Assembly (NCBI RefSeq): GCF_964204645.1
Contig: NC_134036.1
Location: 10,829,859 to 10,893,858 of the forward strand
Origin: Tubulanus polymorphus
Lineage: Eukaryota > Animalia > Nemertea
Reading direction: 5' to 3'
DNA length: 64,000 nucleotides
A model generated the notes under the pieces. It worked only from the letters and a program-made list of their open reading frames with translations, did no database searches and was not told the DNA's origin. A program made the translations under genes and the position numbers. This document shows, in pieces, positions 25,307-38,000 of the stretch; position 1 is the stretch's first letter; each line of letters begins with the position of its first letter.

Positions 25307-26608
25307 ATGGGGTTTCCAAAAGCTTTCCAATATAATACATCAATTAAATATAATATTCCTGCAATAGATTTAAAAAAAAAATATTACATATAAAATGTAG
25401 TTTTAAATTCATTAACTAATTAAGAAATTTATGTTACTGAATCACAGTTTTTCATTTCTAAAATGGAAAATATATTTAATACATATGAAGTTACTTTTAC
25501 TCGAGATGAATATCATATATATAAAGTAAAATGTAATATGAAATTTTGGCAGAATCAATTAAATTTTGCTGTTTATTGTGCAACAACAGGATTCGGAATA
25601 AGTTGGAATGATCATTTAAATAACTTAGATAAAAATTTGAAGTATTCTGATTTAAAATTAATTCACACAATATTTAGATTTCACACATATTTTCAAATCA
25701 GAATAATATTAAATGAATTAGAATGTCATTTACCCGGGTCAAAATATTTTAAAGAATTGGATAATAATATTAATCTATCTAAGTTTTATAAAATATGTAA
25801 TGAATTTAATATAAATATTAATTCCGATTTTAGAGCGCATGGTAAATTGCAAGGTGTTGGTGAAGAGTATGAAATAAAAAGAATTGATTATATGCATAGA
25901 ATTGGAGCTTATCATAATTATAAAATTCATAATAATAATGGTTGGGTTAATTTCCTTTTTGAAAATGGTGAAGGTTTTACAAAATTAGGTATACAAAGAA
26001 TAAATCAATCTATTAGAACTTATCTGATATGTATTTTAGGCGCGCAAGTTGAAACAAGATCCCCAATAATTGGAAATGATAACACTTCATTCGATGCGCA
26101 GAAACAATTCAAAGTATTATTTGAAGATTCAATTCATAATGATATAAATAGATCGATTCCAGAAAACATTGCAAGATATCAAAATTATTTAGATAAATCA
26201 CATATTAGATTAAATTATTGTATAGGCCCTAATCTATTTATTATTTCTAATGATTTAGTATTAAAGATGGGAAACATAATTGGTTACAATAATCTAATTA
26301 AAACTGCAACAATAAATAATTCATTTGGATTAAATGATATAAATAAAAAGATTATTACTGCTCCAAAATTAATGGAAGGTGAAAAAAATAAAAAACATAT
26401 TCAATCAACAGAAACTAAAACTAAGAATATTAAATTAAATAATGATTCTAAAATAAAAGATTACAATACATCAAAAAATATTAGAACTGATAATATTCAA
26501 CATGAAATAATTAAACTAAATGATGATAATAAATCCCATGAAAATACTAAATTAGCTATAACTTGTATAGGAATTGTAATCGGAGGAATATTATATTTTA
26601 AATTATAA
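25307..26608 (+). pseudogene. Large uncharacterised viral protein with C-terminal TM anchor (381-aa ORF plus disrupted N-terminus)
   Basis: TAAATG start at 25307, ORF 25463-26608, C-terminal LAITCIGIVIGGILYF. Confidence 0.7.
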
Positions 26609-26624
26609 TTTTTTTATTATGTAA

Positions 26625-27452
26625 ATGGCAGAAGGCGGAGAAGATTTCGAAATGGAAGGCATGGGAAATAATAATGCAGGATATATTGATGATGAACCGC
26701 AAACCAATTTAAATGAAACTAATATTGATGATGATGATGAATCAGCATATAATTCTAATTCTAATTTAGCAGATAGTGGTTCTAAAGCCCCATCAACAGA
26801 GGAATATATTAGAGGAGCTAAATCGAGAATATATACTGAAAATGAAAATCAAGGTTTATTAAAGAAAAATTTAGAATATCATGAATCTATGTATAAATTC
26901 AAACCTGTATTTGAAAGATCTGGGTATGAAATAAATGATAAAGATGCTGACCGTTTAGTAGAAAATTTAGAACTTTTAGATGGTGAATATTATTATAAAT
27001 TGAAAGATGATTATTATATTAATATCTCTTATAAAAATCAAGACAAAATATTAGCGGAAACAACTTTGGGAAAATTAGAACCAGATAAAATTAAAAGAAT
27101 AAGTAATAGTAATGTAATAAATGATGTTACCGACACAGAAATAAATAAAGATAGAAGAGTATTTAAACAAAGAATTAATGAATTATTTGAAATAATAAAA
27201 AAGAAACCAGAAACTGAAACAACTTCTGAACAGAATAAAACTTCCAAAACTAGTAAAATTAAATCAAACGATGTTCAAACTGAAAAACTTTTACCGAAGG
27301 GATTACTTGAATCAACAGATCAAGAAATAGAAGCTTTAAGTATGTTTTCTAAAAAAACAATTGGGGAAATAATAAGTATACGAAATGAAGCTGATAAAAT
27401 TGCGCGCGAAAAAAATATTAGATATAATAAAATTAAAAGAATAAATGAATAA
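26625..27452 (+). CDS. Polinton hypothetical protein, 275 aa, acidic disordered N-terminus
   Basis: Intact ORF with TAAATG start, overlapping the ATPase start. Confidence 0.7.
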   Translation: MAEGGEDFEMEGMGNNNAGYIDDEPQTNLNETNIDDDDESAYNSNSNLADSGSKAPSTEEYIRGAKSRIYTENENQGLLKKNLEYHESMYKFKPVFERSGYEINDKDADRLVENLELLDGEYYYKLKDDYYINISYKNQDKILAETTLGKLEPDKIKRISNSNVINDVTDTEINKDRRVFKQRINELFEIIKKKPETETTSEQNKTSKTSKIKSNDVQTEKLLPKGLLESTDQEIEALSMFSKKTIGEIISIRNEADKIAREKNIRYNKIKRINE

Positions 27453-28055
27453 AGATTTATTTATATTTGAACCGCATAATATGTTAGTAACTGGAGTAAC
27501 AAACTGTGGTAAAACACATTTCATATTAGATTTGTTAGAAACTATTTATAAGAATCATTTTGATAATATAATATTATTCTGTCCTACTTATGAAATGTAT
27601 AAAACATATAATAGAGATATAGTTTTAAAAGATAAAAAGTTTATTATACTAGATCCTAAAACAGTAAAGGAAAATTTAGATAATTGTATTAAAATTGCAT
27701 TAGATATTTATAAAGGTTCAAATACATTATCCATTATAGATGGTTGTGCAAATTTACGTGATTCAAAAGTTAGAGAAAGTGAACTATGTTATTTGGCTTT
27801 CTCTGGGAGACATTTTGGGATAACAACATCAGTTTTAAATCAAAAATATAATTCGATTCTTAAAAACTTTAGAGAAAACATTAGATTTTTAGTTTTATTC
27901 TACATTAAAGATAGAAAATCAATGCAACAATCATTGGAATAAAATCAAATCATACCTACTGAACTACATGATCAATATATGAATAAATTAAAAAGTAATA
28001 AAGGTTCCAAAGTACTTCTGAGACTACAATTTCCATATGAATATAAATTTTCAAA
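27445..28055 (+). pseudogene. A32/FtsK-family genome packaging ATPase, internal stop at 27940
   Basis: Walker A GVTNCGKT, Walker B-like LSIIDG, GRH motif, VLNQKY..I.K..REN; the frame continues past the stop. 3' end approximate. Confidence 0.9.
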
Positions 28056-28147
28056 AAAAGGTATTCTAAGCATTGTTGTATTAGATACGTATTAGATACC
28101 TTAATACTTAAAATTTGAAATATTGTAGAATTTTGAATAGGTTGGAT

Positions 28148-28443
28148 GGTACGAGTGTACGAATTGTACGAATGGCACGAGTGTACGAGGGCAACATATA
28201 TAATTTACATATGTTTTTTTAATTTAAAAAACAGTACGAGTTTGATTTCAAGTTATTTTATCAATTTTATACCATATTTAAATATTATTTAAATAAAATA
28301 TATATTGTGTTATATTTAATATAGAATACAAATATTATATTTATACTCGTACCATTCGTATCATTCGTATGTTTAAATATAAAATATATATATTATTACA
28401 CTCGTACACTCGTACAGTTCGTACCATTCGTACCATTCGTACA
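28148..28443. repeat. Inverted arrays of 8-9-bp units (gtacgagt/gtacgaat versus actcgtac/attcgtac) around an AT-rich core
   Basis: Direct reading of 28148-28190, 28344-28370 and 28397-28443. Confidence 0.85.
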
Positions 28444-28444
28444 T

Positions 28445-29335
28445 CAATATGTATAGGAAATTAAATCTTTTTCATTTTCATATTTTTCTTTAAGCTTATT
28501 ATATTCTAACCATATATTCCTTTTCATTTGCATTGTTACAATTCCTAAATGATTCCCGATTCTATATTTATTGAATGTTGCTCTTGAAAATATTTTTGGA
28601 ATATAATTTTCGATTTCATTTTTAGATGGATGTTTATTTAAAAATTCTCTAAAATCATCATATTAAAGTTCAAATAAGTTCATGGCATGAGTTAAATTTG
28701 GTTTAAAGTTAACTTTTTCAATATGGTAACTATATCATTACTGGAGAAATAATCTAATAATGTTTTTCTATACCACCGATAATCTGATATATTTATTTAA
28801 TTGAATTTTGGATTTATAATTAATGGATTCTCTATTACATTATCTGTACCTATATGCTTAATTGAGTATCTATGATTCAATTGTTTGTCATATATTACAT
28901 ATTCTTTACATTTTCACACCAAGATTTAAATACGTGTATTGCATGGGCTGAATCATTTCCACCTTTTGTTTTTTTAATTTATAATGTTTTGACCAATTAT
29001 TCTTTGTTATACATTCATTACAGACACGATAACTTTGCATTTATCTTTATATATAATAGCATATGTTTTTACTATTGTAAAATATGTTCAGCTTTTTTGA
29101 TGAAACAAATAATCATTATAATTATCAAAATCCTCCTCACAAGACATGCATCTAATGATATCTTTTGGTTTAACATTTGATTTTTCTATTTCATAGTTAG
29201 AAGTAGATTCTGTTACATCTTCTTTTTTTTGTTTCAATATTATCTTCATTCTTTGTTGCAATATTATCTTCTATTTTTCTTTCAATATCATCTTCTTTTT
29301 TAGGCTCAATATTATCTTCTATTTTTGTTTAAATA
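28445..29335 (-). pseudogene. Decayed minus-strand viral ORFs (24-bp acidic repeats, Zn-finger-like motifs)
   Basis: KIEDNIEPKKEDDIERKIEDNIATKNEDNIET..CMSCEEDFDNYNDYLFH; TAAATG-initiated MQSYRVCNEC..WSKH; multiple stops. Confidence 0.6.
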
Positions 29336-29341
29336 TTAATT

Positions 29342-29381
29342 CACCTGATGATGGCTGTTAGTCAACAGCCGAAACGTTGTG
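29342..29381 (+). ncRNA. Minimal type I hammerhead ribozyme (Penelope-like element remnant)
   Basis: cac-CTGATGA-t-ggctgtt(agtc)aacagcc-GAAAC-GTT-gtg. Confidence 0.85.
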
Positions 29382-30573
29382 CTTTCGTAATAATAAATTT
29401 GATAGTATAATTTCAAATTCGAAGTGTGGGATTTCTTCATTTATCTACAGTTTACACGGATTATAGTGTTTATTCGACAACTAATTCCTCCCAATGTCAA
29501 TCGATCGAAACTCGACCAAGGGGTCCGATATTCAAACGATTCCTCCAAAAGTCCAACGAAGAGAATTTTACCTGGTCTTATATTCAAAGTATTGACTTAG
29601 GGAAGAATATTCTAAACGTTATAACCTGAACTTTTAGAATTATAACCTGAACTTTTAGGTATTGATGCGTTGGGTGTTATTTGTTTTTCTTTTTAAAAAA
29701 CAGTACCCAATGAAGCCAGGTAGATTTAGGAATTTCAAATGTTACGATACACAATATCCTAGAGCATGAGATGGTATGACGCTTACATATAATTTTAGAA
29801 AACTTAATAGATTTAGTATTTTCTTTCTCTAACAGTAAATTGCTGTAACTTGTTCGACAATCTGTTGAAATCAGATCTAATCAGTGCGCTTCTCATTATA
29901 GAATAAACACGAAGTTGAGAAATCGTTATCAAATCACGTGTATAATATAGAAATTGAGTTTAGATTTTACAGGGGACTATATAAAGATTGGTTAAAATTT
30001 GATCGCGTGAGATAAAAGAAATTCGAGTCTTTCTTTCATTTTAAGGTCGCAAATTAGCCATTGTCCTAGTGTGCATTTTCTCATTTATACAAGTGTATTC
30101 GGTATAAGGGTTGATGTTTCACTCTTCACTCTTTTATATATAATTCCGAAAGTTAATTAGGAGGTTTATACTGCTAACCGAACTCAGTTTCAATTCAGTT
30201 CAGTTTTAGTTTATATGCATTGTGATTTATGAAATAAGAGAAAATACAATCCAGCCTACTAGCCACTGAACGTTAGCACCCAGAAAACGTCCGGAATTTA
30301 CGGAGAGAGAGAAGAGAGAAAAACATTGTTATAAAAATATCGGATAAAATTTATTCTAAACATAAGTTACTAAGCCCAGGACTCCGGATATCGGGATGAG
30401 ATGTCTGAGGCAGATTTCTCCCATTGTCGCACACCCAATAATTACTCATGTGACCATTGTGTTTAAACAACTCTCACAATCAAGCTTTAGATTAAGTGAC
30501 CTGCGGTATACATGATTTCGTATTGATTCATGTAGCCTTATATAGTCCTTACATTGAAATTAGTGGATAGAAT

Positions 30574-30611
30574 CATGGACTCTAAACGAATCAATCGTTT
30601 TAGAGTCCATG
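30574..30611. mobile_element. 38-bp palindromic mini-element with 7-bp TSD (ATAGAAT), P-element-like ends
   Basis: atagaat|catggactctaaacga..tcgttttagagtccatg|atagaat. Confidence 0.8.
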
Positions 30612-32221
30612 ATAGAATGCATCTTACTTTTTCTAGACGAAGATCTGTCTTGATTGACATACCATGGGTTCGGAAACTAGTTGACTTAAAAGCACACACA
30701 CATTAAGTCGCTATCCTAGTAATTAATTCGACTTAAAAATCGATTGATTATTATTGAAATAAAGAAAGATGAAAAAGATAATCAACGTTTTTAAGGATAA
30801 ATGTTTCGTTGTTCGTGATATTCAGCACACACCAATGTCCAGTTGAATTTGACAATTCAAAGTTATTACAAAAGGAGCAAATTCTAATATTCATTTAGCG
30901 GCAATTAATCCCAATTTTTCCCTAGGCCATTTTTTCCGTTCACCCAAAGATTGATATACTTCGTTAATACTAAATTAATACTAAAAGTTATCGCACAGGA
31001 CAAATATATCGCTAGGAAGTTCAAATATATTACACTAGCTTTGATTTAAGCGATTTCAAATTAAAAGTTTTATTATTTTCAATAATTTTCGCATCGCACA
31101 GCGAAATATATTTTTGATTTACGGGTGCCTCATAGGCCTGTCATCGCTAGTACATTGCTCATCATAACGAATTCTCTTTAATCGAGCAATATTTACTTAG
31201 GGCTTAATCACTGACTTTCTATAGATAAAGAGCTATACAAAGACTAATCCCATAAAATTCAGTGGCTTGTTATTGTCAGCCTGCTTGTATACCAAGCTTC
31301 GCTAACATAAACGATAAAGTTGCCCTTTTTACTGAAATCTTGACGTATCAAACCATAGATAAATAATACTAAAAAAATTGCTACAATCATTATTTCGCAA
31401 TCGGAATCTATCCTGATTTGAAAGGCACTTGTTGACATGTGGGGGAAAATTGAAAATTTTCACAGAAATCAATTTGAAACGATTCCAGTTAGTTTGGACT
31501 AAATTTTGCAATACAAACGAAAAAACAGGCCAACAGCAGGAAATCATAACCTCTTCAATGGGATTTCTCGGGGGATTCTTAACGGGGAATTTCGACCATT
31601 CCCATGTAAACGAGCATGTAACAAAAACCCTTTGGAAACATCAATTATTCGCATGTATCAATTTACGCTACTTTTGATTATACTGCCTAATCCGCCTAAT
31701 CAAATAGTGCAATGGCAGCTGATAATGTGTGATAGAAATCATGGAGATGACGAGTTGATTGAGCCCAAGGCGCACAGTCAATAGTAGTTGAATAGAAACT
31801 ACAAACATAATTCATTTTCTTTAAAATTGTTTCAACTATAGAGATTTATTACAACTTGTCAACAGTTTAATTTCTATAATGCAATGACGTATGTATGGAT
31901 ATATTTTGTTTGTTTGTTTTACGCGTGAAACTGGAGCATAATACCTCCGCCCAAACATTCCACGCCCATGATACCATTTAATGAATCCGAAATATATCCA
32001 GGCCCAACATCTAGAGTTCATCCTAAATGATGAAGACTAGGAATATCTTAGCAATATAATTTTCGGAAAGAGTTTAGAATAGCAGGCCAGACTCATTGTT
32101 AGGATCCACCATAGTTCTATAGTGAATTGATTACAAGTAGTTAATTCAACAAAACAAACGTAAATTGTTCATAATTAGTGCATCCCCAAGACCATTATTC
32201 AAAATTACAAACTACATCTAT

Positions 32222-32935
32222 GGTTAGCGGCAAAAATCATCTCGGTAAAAATCCCCGATTTTTTAGTGCAGGTAGAAATCCCCCTCCTTTTGAATGGATT
32301 GTAGATACAATCTTAAGGTCAATTAATTCATATTATTGATACATATATCCAATTTATTCATATTTTACTGTGAAACACCATAATGATATCATGAGTATAC
32401 AAACTATAGTATATACTATTTGAATTAAAACATACAACAAAATTAACATTGTTCATTACTACTTAATTGGTAAATAAAGTGATCGCACAGCTTAATGAAA
32501 GGGTTCATCGCACATTACAAATATATTACACTAGCTTGAATCTAAAATATTTCAAATCAAAAGAACATTATTTCAAATAATTTTTGGCATCGCACAGCTG
32601 AAATATACCACAGTTAACAAGAGTCCGCAGTTCAAAAATACTCCTGTTCGAATCTTTAGATATTACAAATAAAAATTTATTATTCTTATCAATTCTAACA
32701 ATTTATTTTATGCTAAGAGTTTTACTTAAGAATTTATCGCAACGAAAGATTTCATTGCACAGTTCTAACATATTTCAGTCTCATAGCAAATTAATAAAAT
32801 TGGAGAAACATTTTGCTTTGAAATGTCTTTGAAAATCACCGAGTGGGGATTTTTACCTACTTTGAATACTTTGGGTTTTACACGGGGGATATTTACCTAG
32901 GGGATTTTTACCAGGGAGATTTTTACCTACAACCA
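32222..32935. mobile_element. MITE with GG..CC ends and aaaaatcccc subterminal repeats
   Basis: Imperfect TIRs ggttagcggcaaaaatc and gatttttacctacaacc, flanked by AT. Confidence 0.6.
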
Positions 32936-34777
32936 TATTCCTATGTTTTTTTGAATGGTTGAAGGTTTTTTGAGGGAGATATTTTGTTTCAGATATTCTG
33001 GATATGGGACTCATTATCATCTCTAGCTACGGTAGATACTTTTCTCATTGGTTATTCGCTACGATATTTATTACATATCACGCAAATCCGCATATACGCT
33101 TGAATTTATACTGTTAGCAGATATCACAAAGTTTGCTCATTTTGTAATAATTTTGAAATCGTCAAATTTTATTGCAGAGATTCCTCGATATATCACGAGT
33201 AATGAAACAGATATCTCATTTAAACGTAGATTTTTCTTTTATTTTGAAATCCATAGCAAACATTTATAGGAACCTAATGTTATTGAGCATAAAGCTTCTG
33301 ACCCTCCTTGCATTTATACATCGAGAAATCCAACTCTAAACTATAAAAGACTTTTCATCATGGTGTAATATAGCTTGTGCAAAAGGACGCCACTCAGTCA
33401 TTACGTAAATTGTGAGAGGTGTTTATACATAATAGTTCCATGTGCAATTCATATATTGGGATCACAATCGGAAAAGATCTGCTTAAAACACTTTATCACC
33501 TTAGGGAGTTTGTGCTTCTTGATTACTCGATTAGCAGTGACACCGCAGATAAAATTCCCCCTTCAAAATCGCCCTTTCCAATATTTAATTAAAAGCCATT
33601 CAAAGCAAGATATTTTCTCAATTCTTTTTGTATTTAATCATAATTAATAACTTATTCTTAATAGTAATACATGTAATATCATTAGGAATCTGATTATATG
33701 CACTTCTAGTTGTAAAACGTAGCTGTCGGATCTACGAGCAATTATCTCATTAATGAGATAATTGCTCGTATGTCGGATGGATGGACATATTGGTGTGTAC
33801 CGGTCAACAGTGTCTGTAATCAAAGATGCCATTTGATATCTGTCGAATTTCTATGAAAGAGTACAAACAGAAATATAAACCGGCCTATACAGGGTACAAA
33901 TCAGAAGTTAAAACTAGGACGATGGCTAATTTGCAAACAAATTGGCTCGAATCAGGGTCCGACTTTAATTGTTTTCATGGCTTACCAAATAGCGCGCTGA
34001 TTTTCATGTTCAAATTTATTTCACATTCAAATGCAAACCCATTCATTCGATACTTAACAATGCTTGTAGAGACTCTAAAACGAGTCCATACTTAAGCAAA
34101 GCGAAGTGACTGACTTCCAGAACCAGTTTAAATTAACACGCTAATTGGACTCAGCTTCATTTGACTCAGGTCTGGTCGGACTATTTGGTCGGGCAATTAG
34201 GCATGGGTTAATTTGGCGCCCATATCGTTTGTTGTTTCTTTTCGTCAGATCGCTCCGCCCTACCTTCAACTTATTTTTTATTATCCACGTATTTCAAATT
34301 CGATTTCTTCAACTTGTGTTAATTTTATACCCATGAAAAGCACACTGGTTACAATTGGCAGCAGTGCGCTATATAATGATGAGTAATATTGATTATTAAT
34401 ATCAATATCAAATGTGAATTCGCAGTTGAAACATAATTGATTTGATCAACAATATAATTTGATGTAGACCTCCCAGCGTGAATCAATCAAGAAAAAAATT
34501 TAACTAGTCGTCTCAGATCAAAACAAGAAAAAGGAAGATGCATTCTAACAACTGATTGCGATGTGAAGACTATATTAGGCTCATTATTAGAACCTGTACT
34601 ACAGCTATTTAACTTTCTAAAATTATTTGTCGCAGACCCTCAAATACAGTGTATATTAACAATCAAATTGCCTAAATATGTCTGGTTTCGTCGCTATAGT
34701 ATACTATTTATTCAAAACAATTACATCAATATCATTTATGTAGACCTATCATTCTAAAAGCTCAGGTTTTTAGCGTT

Positions 34778-35028
34778 TAGTGGTTTGGACGAATATTCAT
34801 CCCAAAGTCAATATTTCGAATATCAGACCTAGGTCCATTTTCCTTCGTTTGACAGTCGGAGGAATATTCCTCCCGACGTCGATACTTTGAATATCAGAAC
34901 TGAAGGTCAAATTCTCTTCGTTTGACCTTGGAAGGAATATTCCTCCCAAAGTCAATTGTTTGAATATCAGACCCCTTGGTCAAGTTTCCATCGATTGACT
35001 TTGGGAGGAATATTCCTCCCGCAGTCAA
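34778..35028. repeat. 73-bp tandem repeat containing a 34-bp palindrome; related inverted remnant at ~29483-29612
   Basis: Palindromes at 34849, 34922 and 34995; consensus ttgactttgggaggaatattcctcccaaagtcaa. Confidence 0.85.
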
Positions 35029-38000
35029 TTTTTACAATAGCGGTCCTCTTAATTGGTGATGATCAATGAACGTGCGGCTCATATTTCTATTGTGTGCATA
35101 TCCGGTGTAACGCGCGACACGCTTACATAATCTTATCTGTAAATGTGAAGACCTCGGGGGCATTATGTTCTCTAAAGCCCGACATTATCCCACATTCGGG
35201 ACTATGAATGGGTTGATTTTACGGCTGAGTCGACATGTTTAACAATTTTTAACTGTTCATTTATGAATATTTGAAGACTTATGAACTAAAAATTACTTAA
35301 ATTTTTGATACATTTTGAGAAAGTCACAAAACATTTGAGACTGCGTTAGTAGGTGATATTAAAAACAAAAACACATTTACGGTTTAGGACGCTTTTACGG
35401 TCCAGCATCGCCTGTCGCTTGAGGAGCGAGAAACATTCAATGTATCCATCAATCAATACATTATGCCTACACTTGATCTGATCTCATAACTGGATCTATG
35501 AAAACATTGTGGAAATAATCCGTCCGTAATTTCAGTTGACATAAAGTTGAATAAAAGAAGGTTTCTATAATTGATAAAGAATTATTGCATGTAATATTTC
35601 TTATTAACCCTTTTGCCCGATGAAGCATCAGTAAAGCCTCTTACACACTACGTTATTTTTACAGCGAATTTATTCGCACAGCGTGTTTCGGTAGAATGCG
35701 CGAGTGTCTGCGTAAAACTAGCTACGTATATTTGCTCAACGTATGTTAGGGACTTACCTTTTGGCCGTGAAGTCGTGCGTCTAATACAGTACACGGCTGA
35801 ATGAGAGTTTCACCGACGCCAGAACGATTATGTTGCAGGCACAAGCGCCAACGATGTTTGTTCCTAGGTTATATACCTAAAATCGACTCTTAACGCACTG
35901 GTGATCACGGGACAATTATTTTATGGGAAGGAAAAATCGATCGACCGGAAGTTCGGCCTCAAAAATTTAGGGAGACCCGGGAGAAGTTATTTCCAGAATT
36001 TGGTGCAAGAAAGTATTCGTTCATATAGGGAACAATATGCGCGAGACGGCTGCGCGTGGTTGAATCAGTCAGACCGCTACACGCGCCACTTTTTGGCCGA
36101 GACAGTAACTTCTCGAAGTAATTAAGAGCGATTGACGCATTAAATCTGCTCGAGACAGTCGTTTATCTGCGTTTAGGCGATTACTTCGCTGCGTTTAGGC
36201 AATAAATTTAGTTCAGCGTTCTCACTATAAGAATAGCCGTTTGCTGTCGTATGTGTCTAACACCCTAAATTTAACAATCTAAATTCTACATGAATCACCT
36301 ACATTCGGCTGTTAGTGGTACTTCAGACCAGTAGAAAACATCGTAATCAACAATAACCGTTTCAAGAAAATTATTGTGTAAACTTGGGATGATTCGTATC
36401 CGTGGAAGATAGTAAGTTATTGATTCTAGAGTACCATAAAACTCGATGGGATATCGTTTTACAATCTTCCGTACGCAAATTATCCTGATATGAAAATAAA
36501 TAGTACTTCAATGGACTACTTCTAAATATACTGTATAATTATGTAGTAGTATAAGAACAGTGGATCAGCAGGCCACCTGAGACCAATCTACGGTCTGAGG
36601 TTAGTTGCCGAAGGTTGTTCAGAGTTTACCAGTGGATTGTTAATATTTTTAATTGCAATTAAAACTTCATTGCTAAAATAACTTTGTATTTGTAGTATAA
36701 TCACACTCAAATGTAGTTAATTGAAAAAACAATTAAACCCGCTGCGTATAAATTTAAAAATATGATCTCTAGTGAGAGATCGAACGTCGTGTCGTAATTT
36801 TTCAATGATAAGCAATAGTTCGAAATTTTAAATGTGCGCGTAGTGGGTCTTTTTCACATTAAACGTGCATTTGGTCATGTATCATATTGTTTAATGGTTA
36901 ATCTAAACTTTTTGTGAGTTATTAGTCCCGGAGTATCACTGAACGATTCATATAATGCAGGATGCAATATTTCACGGAAAACAGTGGAAATAGCTAGAAA
37001 AGGTAACAATGTGCTTGCTAATGTACTAATAATAAGTGCATTGGTAAACACAAAGCAAACATACATTGGTTGCTTAGGTTTTTCGAAGGGGAGACTTTTT
37101 GGGAAAATTAATGGTCAATCAGAAAATAAATGGTCAATTATTATCGAGATATCTAAAAGGGAAGCTTTTCAGGGATCTAAAATGTTGAACTGTCTGTACA
37201 CAAGGATTTTTTTTTTCTTTGTAGTCCAATGTATGAATCCGTTATTACCTCTGGCGTGTAGATACAATACAAAAGCAAGAAACGAAATTCTTAATATGGA
37301 CTTTCCTAAATTTACGTGAGTGTATGTTTAATCAGCATCAAAATTAGGCATTGGTACTCTAGATTAGAGATTATGACCAAAACAAATTGAAAATAGTGAA
37401 AACTATTGGATTGAATTCAAATCATGGACGAAGACTGATGTTTTACAGACAATTAGATCGAAAATAAGTGATAGATAATGAAGGTCGAAAGAATCTTCTC
37501 CAGTAGGTATAATAAGCTTTTATTCACAGAGGTATATTGGCTCTGGCTGTTCTCTTTCCAGTCTCGTTTTTTTCTACTTTTAATGTTTCCCGGTGTCTCA
37601 TTTTAAATTATGTTATTCTTTAAAAGGAGACTGGAGGAATGTTGTAACGTGTGCGGACCCTTACCACACATGGCTGGAATTCTTGGATTTTCGCGTATTT
37701 ATTTGCACAGGTTTTCCTACGTAGACACATACGTCACATCAAGACGTTTTCTTCACATTAAAGACGTGTTTATTCCTGCAAACGGTTTAAAATGCCGTCT
37801 GATTTTATCAAAAAGAAACGGTTCGTTTAAGTATTTTACTATTATTTTCACTTTTCCCATTTCCAGTCTACGAAAATGGTTAATCGCGCGGTAAAGCTAC
37901 GGGGAATCCTAGGTTTTCACGTTTGGTGATGTGGCAAAACCTATGACAGATGCATAATTTCCCTAACAAAGATACATCTTGTTCTGGACGTTCCTTTTGG

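Larger units (their letters stand above)
16203..29340 (+). mobile_element. Polinton/Maverick-like endogenous viral element, copy 2 (right part missing)
   Basis: Starts AGTAATAG; compact, intronless AT-rich gene array with pPolB, penton-like and A32 ATPase genes. No integrase, protease or major capsid gene recognised in the window. Confidence 0.9.

Noticed and set aside
34778-35028. CRISPR-like array
   Set aside because: The spacers are similar to each other, there are no cas genes, and the context is eukaryotic.
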